A stretch of DNA of 64,000 nt from positions 549,609-613,608 of the forward strand of contig CAYYWQ010000001.1 in assembly GCA_964474825.1 (NCBI GenBank). The letters are read 5' to 3'. Below are positions 54,471 to 64,000 of this stretch, piece by piece (within the stretch, counting starts at the first letter, position 1; every line of letters begins with the position of its first letter). Under the pieces are notes generated by a model. That model was not told the origin of the DNA. It did not search any database and saw only the letters and a program-made list of their open reading frames with translations. The stretch is from an uncultured Candidatus Saccharibacteria bacterium (GTDB lineage Bacteria > Patescibacteriota > Doudnabacteria > UBA920). The position numbers and the translations under genes are program-made.

Positions 54471-55136
54471 TTAATTGTTTTGGGCACGTGTTAAATTTAA
54501 TTTAAATACGTAATTATTCGGGTCAAGCTGGTTTGCTTTTTTTAAGGCCGTAATACCCTCCTCTTTTCTGCCGTTTAAAATCAAACTCATGCCATAAACA
54601 TTTTGGGCCCATCCATATTCCGGATCTATGGAAACAGCCATTTGTGCGTACTCAAGGGCTTTGGACGGATTATTAGAATCCAGCTCAATTGCCGCGAGGG
54701 TTACATAAGGTGCAGAATTTTGGGGCAAAAGCTGTAACGAAGTCTTTTCTTCTGTTTGGGCATCAGCCGGATTATTTAGCTTATAATATGCCACACCCAT
54801 CCAGTAATGGGAGTATGCCTTTTCTTCATTGCTATTTGCGAGTGCTAAAGCAGCTTTTGCGTCAGTTAAAGTAGCTTCATAATTTCCTTCTGCCCAACTT
54901 GTCTTGGCATCCAAAATTTTTTTATAAACAGGTGGCGTAGTTTCTCTGGTTGAGCTAGCAACATTGGAGGGGTTTATTACGTTTTGGACCATTTGCCGAC
55001 GATTGTTTTTAATTCTTGGAATTAAAACAAAAAATATTCCCGCAAGAATTAATAAAATTACCGCCACGACGTACAAAGAAAGGTAAAGGAGCGCGTGGTC
55101 TTTTTGCTTTGGCCCATTGGAAAGAAAATTATCCAT
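54471..55136 (-). CDS. TPR-repeat protein with N-terminal TM anchor
   Basis: W/Y…A…Y…G…P TPR-like repeats. Confidence 0.6.
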   Translation of the reverse strand: MDNFLSNGPKQKDHALLYLSLYVVAVILLILAGIFFVLIPRIKNNRRQMVQNVINPSNVASSTRETTPPVYKKILDAKTSWAEGNYEATLTDAKAALALANSNEEKAYSHYWMGVAYYKLNNPADAQTEEKTSLQLLPQNSAPYVTLAAIELDSNNPSKALEYAQMAVSIDPEYGWAQNVYGMSLILNGRKEEGITALKKANQLDPNNYVFKLNLTRAQNN

Positions 55137-55140
55137 AACC

Positions 55141-56136
55141 TTACTCCTCTCCTTTTAAAAACTTAGTACTGACTTCCGGAGCAATAGGGTTTACCGGAAT
55201 TCCGGTGGCGTATTCAAAACCTGCCCAAATGGTAATGCGGGGGAAGATTGTCAGGTGCCAGTGGAAAGCCTTTTCCTCGTGCGCGCTATGAATACTGGTT
55301 GAGCGCAGCGGCATGTTGTGAATATAAAAATTCAGAGGAGGGTCACTTAGCTTGGTATACAACTGTCCCAGTGTAACTTTTAAAACGAAGGACAAATGTT
55401 TTATTTCATCTTCACTCATATCCTCAAACCGCGCCCCGTGTCTTTTGGGCAAAATCCAGGTTTCAAACGGCGAACGCGAAGCATAAGCAGAAATTACCAC
55501 AAAATGTTCGCTTTCATAAACCAAGCGATGCTTAACAGAAATTTCCTCTTTAATAATATCACAATAAATACAGGAGTTGTGATTTTGAAAATAATGGTAG
55601 CAGCCTAAAATTTCACTATGAATATGAGGCGGCACAATTGGCGTAGCCATAAGCTGGTAGTGCGGATGTATAATGGAAGCCCCGGCATCGCGCCCATGGT
55701 TATGAAAAATTTGCACGTAAGCCAGAGAAGGATTTCTTCCCAAACTCTGAATGCGCTCTATAAAAGTGCGGATAGTTAGCTCAACTGTGGCAATAGACTG
55801 AAGCGCCACCGGTTCGTTGTGCTTACGCGTAATTATTACTTCGTGCTCACCGTCCCCACTATGGGAAACATAAAATTCTTTGTGGCGGTAAACAGTGGTG
55901 TGTTCTAAGGAAGCAAATTTATTTGGGATGATGCGGATTTCCCAATCCCCTTCTTTAGGAATTTTTAAAATCCCCGGATTCTTGTCTTCATTCCCAGGAC
56001 AAAAAACACAACCAGCGTCCACTTCCGGCACGCCATGCATAACACTGTAAGTCTTATACTGGTCCGGCCTCTTCCCTCTTGCCGGAGCAATAAGCACCCA
56101 GTTTTTTGTTATTGGATTTTGACGGAACTCAGACAT
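55141..56136 (-). CDS. galT: Galactose-1-phosphate uridylyltransferase (HIT family)
   Basis: CVFCPGNE zinc site and HPHYQ HIT-like motif, in two half-barrel repeats. Confidence 0.8.
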   Translation of the reverse strand: MSEFRQNPITKNWVLIAPARGKRPDQYKTYSVMHGVPEVDAGCVFCPGNEDKNPGILKIPKEGDWEIRIIPNKFASLEHTTVYRHKEFYVSHSGDGEHEVIITRKHNEPVALQSIATVELTIRTFIERIQSLGRNPSLAYVQIFHNHGRDAGASIIHPHYQLMATPIVPPHIHSEILGCYHYFQNHNSCIYCDIIKEEISVKHRLVYESEHFVVISAYASRSPFETWILPKRHGARFEDMSEDEIKHLSFVLKVTLGQLYTKLSDPPLNFYIHNMPLRSTSIHSAHEEKAFHWHLTIFPRITIWAGFEYATGIPVNPIAPEVSTKFLKGEE

Positions 56137-56558
56137 TAAATATTTTTATTTAAACTTTTTATTCTTCTGTGTCCAATAATTGCAGGTATTAAAAGAGAGA
56201 AGCCGCATAAAAATAAAATATAATCGATCGTACCCAGACCAGGTAGTTCCCCTAAGGTGTTATTCACATACTCTACAACTAAACGAAAATAAATATAAAC
56301 TAAAGCGAAGACTCCAAAAACCCCATAAGAAAGTCTTACTTGAAGGATTGGTTCTGCATTTAACACTGAAACCAAACTTGCAAAAGCCACGCTAGATAAA
56401 GGAATAAAAATTAGAATTAAAAACCACAAACCCAAACCTTCTCCGCCTGGCGCTAGGTGAATAAGAGAAACTGTGAAGTATCCCAAAATGGCAAGATACG
56501 CGACACTAACGACAATTGAACCAATATTATACAAATTTATTTTTTTATCCAATTCCAT
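56136..56558 (-). CDS. Membrane protein, hypothetical
   Basis: 140 aa, four TM helices. Confidence 0.4.
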   Translation of the reverse strand: MELDKKINLYNIGSIVVSVAYLAILGYFTVSLIHLAPGGEGLGLWFLILIFIPLSSVAFASLVSVLNAEPILQVRLSYGVFGVFALVYIYFRLVVEYVNNTLGELPGLGTIDYILFLCGFSLLIPAIIGHRRIKSLNKNI

Positions 56559-56564
56559 ACAAAT

Positions 56565-56945
56565 TTATTTTTTGTTTTTATTTAAATAATTTTGAAGTAA
56601 AATTTGGGCGGCTAAACTGTCTAGGTTTTTATTACTACCGCTTATGTTTTGAGCCATTTGAGAAGATAGCCGTTCGTCAATAATTTCAACAGGTAAATTG
56701 GTCTCACTTTCTACTTTTAACTTGAAACTTTTTACTTCTTCGGTTTTTTTTGTTTCTTCTCCGCTCATGTTAAGCGGCCAACCGAGCACGATTTTGGCTA
56801 TTTCATTTTCGCCGATAATGGTTTTTATTTGCTGCCAAAATTCTTTAGGCGACAAAATCCTTAATTCTCGCGCCAAAGTTTGGGACTCGTCGGAAATTGC
56901 CAATCCAATTCTTTTTTCCCCGAAATCAATTCCAAGAGTCTTCAT
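56565..56945 (-). CDS. ruvX: Holliday-junction resolvase-like YqgF/RuvX
   Basis: LGIDFGEKRIGLAISD…DERLSS RNase-H-like fold. Confidence 0.8.
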   Translation of the reverse strand: MKTLGIDFGEKRIGLAISDESQTLARELRILSPKEFWQQIKTIIGENEIAKIVLGWPLNMSGEETKKTEEVKSFKLKVESETNLPVEIIDERLSSQMAQNISGSNKNLDSLAAQILLQNYLNKNKK

Positions 56946-58223
56946 TTATTTCGCTTCTCCCAGGGTTACCTTAATGTCTTTGGTTGAGCCGTTGTGAGTA
57001 ACCTTTAAGGTCACGACTTCCCCGACTTCGTAGTTAAGCAACAATCCGGACAAACTGTTTTTACTGTCCACCCTTACCCCGTTAACTTCAAGAATGATAT
57101 CGTTTTCTTTTAAGCCGGCCTTTTCAGCAGGACTGCCCGGTACAACGGCCGACTCAGCGCGGGTTTGGCCGGAAACGACCAAAGCGCCGTAATCCTGTTC
57201 CAACTTTTGTTGGGTTGCCAAACTTGGAGTGACCATTACATATCTAACTCCTAAAAATGGCTCGCTAATGTGGCCTAATTTTTGAAAACTGGTTAAAGCC
57301 CGTTTGGCCGCATTAGACGGTAAGGCAAAACCCACTAACTGTCCCTGTTGGTCTATGGCTGTGTTTATTCCAATTACCTGGCCTTCAATATTTAACAAAG
57401 GGCCACCGCTGTTGCCCGGGTTTATGGCCGCGTCAGTTTGTATTACCCCGGAAAGCTGTTCGCTGCCGCTGCCCACGTCATTCCCCGCGGTTATACTGCG
57501 CGCCGTGCCGGAAATAATCCCGCTGGTAACCGTATTTTGGTATTGACCCAAAGAATTACCAATTGCAATTACCCGCTGCCCAATTTGAATTTGAGAGGAG
57601 TCAGCCAGGCTTAAAAACGGCGCGTCTTTAATTTCTATTTTAATAATTGCCAAATCATTCGCCGGGTCCTGGGACATTATTTTGGCATCATAACTTTTTC
57701 CATCGGAAGTTAAAACAGTGTAACTGGCAGAATTATCACTTACCACGTGTTTGTTAGTTAAAATTAACCCGTCAGAGGTAACAAAAAAACCACTGCCCGC
57801 TCCAACTTGTTGGACATTAGGCGCTTGCGGAGACTGCTGGCTTTGTCCGCGCCCGTTAAAAAAGAAATAAAACGGATCCAAACTATTTGGGTTCATGCCA
57901 TACCCCGGCAGCTTGTTTAAGTCTTGGGAGATTATTATGGATACCACGGCCGGACTAGCTTTTTTTACCACATCTATAATAGCGGAATCTTCATTTAAGG
58001 TAACATTTTGGCTCACAACCGGACCCGAGGCAACTAATTTTTGGCCCTCTGGGGTGCGCAGGAAATAATAGGTGCTAAAACTGCCGCCAAGCACGCCAAA
58101 TACCAAACTTAAAATTACTAAAGTAATAATGGAATGTTGGTAGGGCGGATGGGCGGGATGCGGCACTCCTACGGGTTCATTTGGCTTAACATTTAGAGGA
58201 ATATTGGAATTTTGTTCGTCCAT
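56946..58223 (-). CDS. htrA: HtrA/DegP-family serine protease with PDZ domain
   Basis: …TNKHVV…, …D…, …GNSGGPLLN… catalytic triad context, with a C-terminal PDZ. Confidence 0.85.
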   Translation of the reverse strand: MDEQNSNIPLNVKPNEPVGVPHPAHPPYQHSIITLVILSLVFGVLGGSFSTYYFLRTPEGQKLVASGPVVSQNVTLNEDSAIIDVVKKASPAVVSIIISQDLNKLPGYGMNPNSLDPFYFFFNGRGQSQQSPQAPNVQQVGAGSGFFVTSDGLILTNKHVVSDNSASYTVLTSDGKSYDAKIMSQDPANDLAIIKIEIKDAPFLSLADSSQIQIGQRVIAIGNSLGQYQNTVTSGIISGTARSITAGNDVGSGSEQLSGVIQTDAAINPGNSGGPLLNIEGQVIGINTAIDQQGQLVGFALPSNAAKRALTSFQKLGHISEPFLGVRYVMVTPSLATQQKLEQDYGALVVSGQTRAESAVVPGSPAEKAGLKENDIILEVNGVRVDSKNSLSGLLLNYEVGEVVTLKVTHNGSTKDIKVTLGEAK

Positions 58224-58323
58224 ATGTTTATTTAAGATAATTAATTATACCATATTTAAGCTTAATACTAAAATCAGCCTTCTCTTGGTTCACAAGGAGG
58301 GCTGATTATTATTAGCTACTAAA

Positions 58324-59988
58324 CTACGGCGTTGGAGTAACACAACCCCTCGGCAAAGATGCGCAAGCTTCCTGCAGTAACTGCTCCGCGGAAGGCGGTG
58401 CGGAAGGTTTTTGGTATTGAGTTCCTTCTACGGGAACTATTGCGTTTAACTGCGCTGCCGCTAAACATGTGGTCTGTTCTTTAAGCACCCCGACAATGCT
58501 TCCGCCGCGCGGGCTGGTTGTGGCACCGCTAAACACAAATTTGGTAAATAAAGTTTCAGTAATCTGGGCAATTAATTCACTAACAAAACTGCTGGCATTC
58601 TGTATACCCAAATTTAATATGGCTTCCATACTTGCCTTTTCCCCGCTAACAATCTTGTTTATAGAAGACACTATGCCGCCTCCCAAACCCTCACGCGGGC
58701 TTTTTAATCCACTACTGGTTAGCTCCCTGTCTATTGCCTGCTGAGCAGCGCTCTCGGCTTGTTCAGCCACGTCTTGGTAATAAATTTTCCAGCCTTGGGA
58801 AGAAGACAAGAAATCCCCTAATGAAGCCATTTTCTGGTAATAATCAGGATCTTTAGGGTCCAAGGCAACAGGATCGAAACCCAAGTGCTGGTTGGCCTTG
58901 GCTTTGAAAATTGGCTTTAGGCTCGCGTTATTTTTATTACAGGAAAACTGAGGAATTAATTGCTTAATAATACTCTTGTCCGTAGAGTCGCCGCCGTATT
59001 TATTCAAATAATCGTCCGCATACTCCCCACTTACTAAAGCGTCTGAGTAATATAAGAAGTTAGCGATTTTATAATTGCTTTCGATTTTCTCTATAATTTT
59101 TCCCAAAAATGAGGCCATGAACTTGGAAAAAGAAGAAACCAGGCCTTCTTTAACCGCATCCATAAGAAGACGGGGAACATCCCCAACTGTAATGCTTACA
59201 TCCCCTATTCCAAACACGGCGTGGGCTTTAGGAATTAATGTAAACTGGTTTTCAGATCCGGCCGGAAAAATTAATTTGGAATCGGCAAGCTTATACCTAT
59301 TTGCTAACTGACCATAATTTGCGGCAAAGGTTAAAAAGCTTTGGTTCATGGCGCCGTAGCTCTGGTAAACTTCCGGCCAAGGCGCAGGGTTTTGCCCGGA
59401 ACCATAGTCTTCCGAAAGACTCAGTAGTTTTCCATAAGACAAATACGCGGCCACTAAAGCTTTTTGGGTTGGCAAAGCTTCTTTGGGCACGGGCGCGCTC
59501 ACCAGGTTGCGGTAGGCCTCGTTATATTCTTTCCTGACCGATTCAGTCACACTAGTGTCACCGAATAAATCTTTATTTAAATCCGCTGTATTTTTGTTAA
59601 ACGCCACAACCGGTCCTATTGCCGCGGTAAAATAATCCACCACTGCCTTTTGTCCGGCGGTTTTAGTAACATTTAAACTCTTTTCATCTACGGCGGGAAG
59701 GACTATAGGCTGGTCTGTTTTCAGCTCGTCCTTAACCATTTGTTTAAGCTCTTCCTTGGTCAAAATACTTTGGAACAACTCCGCACTGGCCTTAGGGTCG
59801 GTTTCTATGCTCGCCAAATATTTATTATATGCCGCCTGCTGCTCAGCCGAAAGCTTGCCAAGCTTTGCATAATCCGTTGTGTCCTTGTAACCAAAATTGC
59901 TCTTCTGCGAAACCGTAATTACCACCAAAACCAAAACAGCAACAACACTAATAGTAAGATTTGTTTTTTGCTGTTTGGATAATTTCAT
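58324..59988 (-). CDS. Hypothetical secreted/membrane-anchored protein (554 aa)
   Basis: N-terminal TM. No recognised domain. Confidence 0.45.
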   Translation of the reverse strand: MKLSKQQKTNLTISVVAVLVLVVITVSQKSNFGYKDTTDYAKLGKLSAEQQAAYNKYLASIETDPKASAELFQSILTKEELKQMVKDELKTDQPIVLPAVDEKSLNVTKTAGQKAVVDYFTAAIGPVVAFNKNTADLNKDLFGDTSVTESVRKEYNEAYRNLVSAPVPKEALPTQKALVAAYLSYGKLLSLSEDYGSGQNPAPWPEVYQSYGAMNQSFLTFAANYGQLANRYKLADSKLIFPAGSENQFTLIPKAHAVFGIGDVSITVGDVPRLLMDAVKEGLVSSFSKFMASFLGKIIEKIESNYKIANFLYYSDALVSGEYADDYLNKYGGDSTDKSIIKQLIPQFSCNKNNASLKPIFKAKANQHLGFDPVALDPKDPDYYQKMASLGDFLSSSQGWKIYYQDVAEQAESAAQQAIDRELTSSGLKSPREGLGGGIVSSINKIVSGEKASMEAILNLGIQNASSFVSELIAQITETLFTKFVFSGATTSPRGGSIVGVLKEQTTCLAAAQLNAIVPVEGTQYQKPSAPPSAEQLLQEACASLPRGCVTPTP

Positions 59989-60093
59989 TTTTTTGTTAAG
60001 GCAAGAAAGCTAAGACCATCTCACCGATATTTGACTTTTTTGTTTCTAGACCAAAAACTTTCTACACTTTATTATACCACAAACCAGCAGTAG

Positions 60094-61671
60094 TTACTCT
60101 ATAAGTTCACCGCCAAAAACTTGGAGTGCGTCGCTTAAATTTACAGTAACTTTTTCCTCAACTGCCGCGGCCGAGGTTATTACCCTGGTTTTTAAGGCCA
60201 ATTTTTTTCCGCTTACCTTCTCAAGAACTTGCCTAATTAATTGCTGGTTTTTTTGGTTGTCTAAATTCTGTTTGTGGAAAGGAAATTTTACTCCAACTAC
60301 TACGACGCCGTTTTCCACGCCTTCCAAAGCGCAAGTCCTAATTAAATTCGCAACGGGACCATTTAATTTTTTTATACCCGCAATAAGGTTTGGCCAAAAA
60401 ACCTGCACCTCTTCAAATGTTATTGTTTCGGCTGACAAACTCTCATCGGCCGTTCCCATTTCCACTGGCTCCTCTTTTTTTTCTGACTGATACTCAGCTT
60501 GCTCTGGCTGATTATTAACTGTCACCACAGGCTGTTTAACTGGTTTCTGCTGATTGGCCCCGACGCTTTGGTCAGGGCTCCGGCCTTGCGTCGGAGCTGA
60601 CTTCCGCTGCGCCGCTTCCAAGGCGGCCAAAAGCAACGGTATGTCCGCACGGACTGAAATAGAAAGATCTTTGTAAGATTTTAAAAATAACCTTGTAACA
60701 AAAATTAATTCCTGCGGGCCCGCTAAAGAGGCTTGCTGTTTAATTTCATCTTCGTGGTCTTTGGCAGAATTTTCCAGTTGACCGTTTGTTACCTGGTAAA
60801 TTAAAACCTTTCTTAAATACTCCAAAAAATCGCGGTTAAAAATGGCGAAGTCTGTCCCTTTTTCCAAAAGACTTTCAAAAAACTGTGGTATTTCGGAGAG
60901 ACTGCCGGTTAAAATTAAATCCAAAAGTTTATGGCACAAACTAAAATCCGTAATCCCTAAAAGCTGCTGGACTTCTTCCAAGCTGGCATCTTCACCCAGA
61001 GTAATAACTTTATCCAAAAGACTCAAAGCGTCACGTCCGCCACCTTCCGCATTTTCCGCAATTAATTTTAAAACTGATGCCGGAAGTTTAAGCTTTTCCC
61101 CTTTAAGCGCCGCCTCCAGCATTTCCATAATTTCTTCTGTATTAAAACGCTTAAAGTCAAAACGCTGGGTGCGGGAGACTATTGTGGCCGGCACTTTGTT
61201 AATTTCAGTTGTGGCCAAAATAAAAATTGCGTGCTTGGGCGGCTCTTCCAAAGTTTTAAGCAAAGCATTAAAGGCACCCTTACTAAGCATGTGTACTTCG
61301 TCGATAATAAAAACTTTATATTTTCCTAAAGACGGGGAAAATTTTACATGATCGATGAGGTCGCGAATATTGTCCACACCTGTATTGGAAGCCGCGTCAA
61401 TTTCAACTAAATCCAAAAACTGCCCAGCTTCAATTTGTTTACAAATGGCGCAAGAACCGCACGGCTCGCCATCTTTTATGTTCTGACAATTAACGGCCTT
61501 AGCCAAAATTCTCGCAACTGATGTTTTACCAATTCCGCGACTGCCTGTGAATAAATAGGCATGGGCAACAGACCCGGCCGCAACCTGGTTTTTTAAAGTC
61601 TGGATAATGTATTTTTGTCCCAAAACTTCCGAGAAAATTTGGGGTCTGTACTTACGATACAAAACTGCCAT
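60094..61671 (-). CDS. dnaX: DNA polymerase III subunit gamma/tau
   Basis: MAVLYRKYRPQIFSEVLGQ…GSRGIGKTSVARILA…CGSCAICK… AAA+ clamp-loader motifs. Confidence 0.9.
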   Translation of the reverse strand: MAVLYRKYRPQIFSEVLGQKYIIQTLKNQVAAGSVAHAYLFTGSRGIGKTSVARILAKAVNCQNIKDGEPCGSCAICKQIEAGQFLDLVEIDAASNTGVDNIRDLIDHVKFSPSLGKYKVFIIDEVHMLSKGAFNALLKTLEEPPKHAIFILATTEINKVPATIVSRTQRFDFKRFNTEEIMEMLEAALKGEKLKLPASVLKLIAENAEGGGRDALSLLDKVITLGEDASLEEVQQLLGITDFSLCHKLLDLILTGSLSEIPQFFESLLEKGTDFAIFNRDFLEYLRKVLIYQVTNGQLENSAKDHEDEIKQQASLAGPQELIFVTRLFLKSYKDLSISVRADIPLLLAALEAAQRKSAPTQGRSPDQSVGANQQKPVKQPVVTVNNQPEQAEYQSEKKEEPVEMGTADESLSAETITFEEVQVFWPNLIAGIKKLNGPVANLIRTCALEGVENGVVVVGVKFPFHKQNLDNQKNQQLIRQVLEKVSGKKLALKTRVITSAAAVEEKVTVNLSDALQVFGGELIE

Positions 61672-61741
61672 ATAAATAAAAACTATTAATTTTCCTCAGT
61701 GTATGCTCGCAGTCCGCCGAAGCCTTGGCGAAGGTGGAAGA

Positions 61742-61780
61742 GAAAGTTTGTGGGCGATATTTACGATAAAGTACAGCCAT
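61742..61780 (-). pseudogene. Recoded fragment of a dnaX 5' end (MAVLYRKYRPQTF) forming the start of an upstream ORF
   Basis: 13 codons are identical or near-identical in amino acids to the dnaX N-terminus but differ at ~11 synonymous positions. It lies 109 nt upstream of the real dnaX ATG, and the frame runs 42 codons into the dnaX start. Confidence 0.5.
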
Positions 61781-61833
61781 AGTTGGTATTTGTCTATGTA
61801 TTATAGCATATAACAAAAGTTGTTTTTCAAACA

Positions 61834-61860
61834 AAAAAACGGCTTTAAGCCGCCTTTTAT
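61834..61860 (-). terminator. Weak intrinsic terminator after the GtrA-like gene
   Basis: GGCGGC-UUAAA-GCCG followed by U7 on the minus strand. Confidence 0.4.
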
Positions 61861-61873
61861 TGGTTTTACTATT

Positions 61874-62554
61874 TTATATAGTGTTCTGTTTTTTAAATAC
61901 AATTACCTTATACCCAACAAAATTCCAAAATAACGAAACGCCGGTGGCCAATGCCGTGGCAATGTTTTTGTCTAAATCCGTATGGACTAAATGAATATGG
62001 GTAGAAAGCACAGCGCTCAAACCGGAGTTAATAAAGAAGCCAATGCCGGTAACAATAAAAAATATGAGGAAGGAATGGCCTACATGGTCCCAGTCTGAAA
62101 CATGGAATCCAAAAGATTTCCAAAAAACTTCTTCAACGGTCAAATAAACCACCAGAAAAATTAAATAAACATAAGCCGGGGCAGACATTTGGGAAGCAAA
62201 AGCCACAAACACCAAAGCCACAAAGCCTAAAGCTCCGACACAAAACAGCCTAACTAAATTCTTCCAAAAACTGACTCCAGTCTCGCCTCCAAAAGTCCAG
62301 GTTTTATTCCACGGATAGCTTTGAACAACCGCGCAAATAAAACCGACGCCTACAATGGCGCCGTATTTCCAACCCTCGGATATTCCCAAAAATTTGGAAA
62401 TAATATTTACAACCAAAAAATTTAAGCCTGTATTGAGGAAACCTATGCAACCAAACCTCAAAAACTGGTAAATAATCGAGTGGTTCTCTAAAAAACCTGT
62501 AATTGCTTGGTGAAAGCCTCCCTGATTTATTACCGCTGGTTGGTTTGTGTCCAT
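61874..62554 (-). CDS. GtrA-family membrane protein (tandem GtrA-like halves)
   Basis: …YQFLRFGCIGFLNTGLNFLV… GtrA signature; a second four-TM half follows. Confidence 0.55.
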   Translation of the reverse strand: MDTNQPAVINQGGFHQAITGFLENHSIIYQFLRFGCIGFLNTGLNFLVVNIISKFLGISEGWKYGAIVGVGFICAVVQSYPWNKTWTFGGETGVSFWKNLVRLFCVGALGFVALVFVAFASQMSAPAYVYLIFLVVYLTVEEVFWKSFGFHVSDWDHVGHSFLIFFIVTGIGFFINSGLSAVLSTHIHLVHTDLDKNIATALATGVSLFWNFVGYKVIVFKKQNTI

Positions 62555-62573
62555 ATTTTTATGCTAAGGTTTT

Positions 62574-63182
62574 CTAAAGTTCTTCGTCAGCGTCTATGTT
62601 AATACTCCCCCCGCCCATCTCCATATCCGCATGGGAAACCGAGGCGTTCTTTTTTATTACATTTTCCACTGCCGCCCAGTCTGCCGGATGGTCTTTGGGA
62701 ACTATAATAGTAACTTCGTCTCCCGGCTCAGATTTAAAATAAGTTAAAGAGGCGAGTAAAATTTTATATGGCTTGCCTTCGGCCATAACCCTAAAGTCGC
62801 CCTTATCATCTACTAACAGTACGCCGAGCATTTTGTTACGCTCAACAGGGCCAATTTGTTTATAAATAAATGAGCCGTCGTCGGCAATGGTGAGTTTTAA
62901 TACGTCCCCCTCAACAAGTTTAGACTTAGAGGCATAGTTGGCAGGCACAGGATACTGCTTTTTGTCAGGACCAATCATGTTTTGACCGTCGAATACGCCC
63001 TCAATAACCTTACCTCCCTCAGAAGGGGCAAAGGTTTGGGCTTTTTCAGCTAAATGGCCTGAGGCTGCTTTTACCGGCGCCCCGCCCATCATTTCGCGCA
63101 GCATTTGTTTGGCCGACTGGATGTTTTTTTCCGCCGACTCAATCATTTGGGCTATCATTGCTAAATTTGAAAGTTGATCCAT
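62574..63182 (-). CDS. Hypothetical protein
   Basis: 202 aa ORF, beta-rich, no recognised motif. Confidence 0.4.
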   Translation of the reverse strand: MDQLSNLAMIAQMIESAEKNIQSAKQMLREMMGGAPVKAASGHLAEKAQTFAPSEGGKVIEGVFDGQNMIGPDKKQYPVPANYASKSKLVEGDVLKLTIADDGSFIYKQIGPVERNKMLGVLLVDDKGDFRVMAEGKPYKILLASLTYFKSEPGDEVTIIVPKDHPADWAAVENVIKKNASVSHADMEMGGGSINIDADEEL

Positions 63183-63345
63183 ATTTTTGTTTTAGGCAAA
63201 CATGTTAAAGGCGCAAAACGCCTTCTTTATATTTATATTACGATTTTTTGTGGTTTTTGTTTCAAAAACACTAAAGTTAAACTTATTATAACAGATTTAA
63301 AAAATAAGGCAAATTTTCATAGGCTGAAAAACATCCTGGGACCCG

Positions 63346-63624
63346 CTAATGGGCATGAGCAGCTGCGGCGTGTCCATGGCCCCCTCCTCCCCCTCCGCCA
63401 CTAAAAATCATTGCGACGTCGCTAAAAAAGTTTAAAGGAAACTCAGATAGATCCTTAACAAAATCCCTAACACCTTCAGGGCTTATAATCTTAGCAAGAC
63501 TAGACGCAATTTTAAAAGGATTTAATTTTTCTGCGTATGCAGCTAATCCTTTTTTTTCGCCTCCACCCTCATGGGATGGGGCAGCATGACCGTGACCGTG
63601 ATCTGGAGCGTGACCGCCTGACAT
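63346..63624 (-). CDS. His/Gly-rich small protein, hypothetical
   Basis: HGHGH and G7-HGH low-complexity termini. Confidence 0.3.
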   Translation of the reverse strand: MSGGHAPDHGHGHAAPSHEGGGEKKGLAAYAEKLNPFKIASSLAKIISPEGVRDFVKDLSEFPLNFFSDVAMIFSGGGGGGGHGHAAAAHAH

Positions 63625-63631
63625 AAATAAT

Positions 63632-63862
63632 TTAATTAAAAATATGATTACTGTCTAATAGCTGTTTCTTTAAAACCTGTAAGTCAGAACTTTTTTCGCA
63701 GAAAGGCTCAATAAAGGAAAGTAAGTCCTGCCTGGATTTAATTTTAGCGCAAACCGGCTCAAATTCTCTCATTAAAAAAATAGCATCCGGTACAACCATT
63801 CTTTTTTCTTTAACAAGATTGCTTAAAAATAGGCAAAAAATACTTATATAATTCTCTTCCAT
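63632..63862 (-). CDS. Hypothetical small protein
   Basis: 76 aa ORF only. Confidence 0.3.
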   Translation of the reverse strand: MEENYISIFCLFLSNLVKEKRMVVPDAIFLMREFEPVCAKIKSRQDLLSFIEPFCEKSSDLQVLKKQLLDSNHIFN

Positions 63863-63898
63863 ATCCAGTATTTTACGACAAAATCAGATTTTCTGCAA

Positions 63899-64000
63899 CT
63901 ACAGTCCTCTCTCAATATCACCGGGCCCAGCAGACATCATTTCTGCGACTTGACCGGCTTCTAAAAGTTCTTCTTCTACTTCTGCCCTGGGACGACCGTG
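63899..64000 (-). CDS. C-terminal fragment of an unidentified gene running off the window end
   Basis: Open minus-strand frame …RAEVEEELLEAGQVAEMMSAGPGDIERGL* with stop at 63899..63901. Confidence 0.3.
   Translation of the reverse strand, partial: HGRPRAEVEEELLEAGQVAEMMSAGPGDIERGL

Noticed and set aside
63183-63345. Hairpin aaaggcgcaaaacgcctt in the spacer as a plus-strand terminator
   Set aside because: There is no plus-strand gene upstream. On the minus strand it lacks a U-tract, so it is left unassigned.

Overview
This is a low-GC (~40%) chromosomal segment with a compact, mostly minus-strand gene layout typical of a small-genome, Patescibacteria/CPR-like bacterium. It is largely core metabolism and housekeeping. 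From the sequence I can support a 5'-truncated type II glutamine synthetase next to a proB-proC-proA proline operon, a tRNA-Gln(UUG), an ECF sigma factor, c-di-GMP and two-component signalling genes, and a reduced dcw cluster (mraZ-rsmH-ftsL-ftsI) with a small pilin-like gene inserted between ftsL and ftsI. Further along are dinB, an ornithine carbamoyltransferase with a tandem-GNAT acetyltransferase, mreB, rnhA, recJ, a glycolysis block (gpmI, eno, pgk, gap), a split transketolase with rpe, rpiB and tpiA, then galT, ruvX, htrA and dnaX, plus many small membrane proteins. The unusual features are: (1) a family of ~85-105 bp palindromic MITE-like elements, of which two copies sit in-frame inside dinB and recJ, recalling Rickettsia palindromic elements, and a third degenerate copy is intergenic; (2) an AT-rich two-gene islet beside tRNA-Gln encoding a protein with an RNxxxH (HEPN-like) motif and a membrane protein, a candidate abortive-infection cassette; (3) GC-rich orphan genes or operons embedded in the AT-rich background, namely a three-gene small-protein operon at 36.8-37.6 kb and single genes at 11.8-12.6 kb and 22.0-22.9 kb, the latter flanked by near-duplicate terminator hairpins; (4) a probable T-box leader upstream of the GNAT-OTC pair; (5) a ~130-nt intergenic element present twice whose hairpin shows a compensatory base-pair change; (6) a recoded dnaX 5' fragment forming an upstream ORF. 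No CRISPR array, rRNA or obvious IS/transposase gene was seen.
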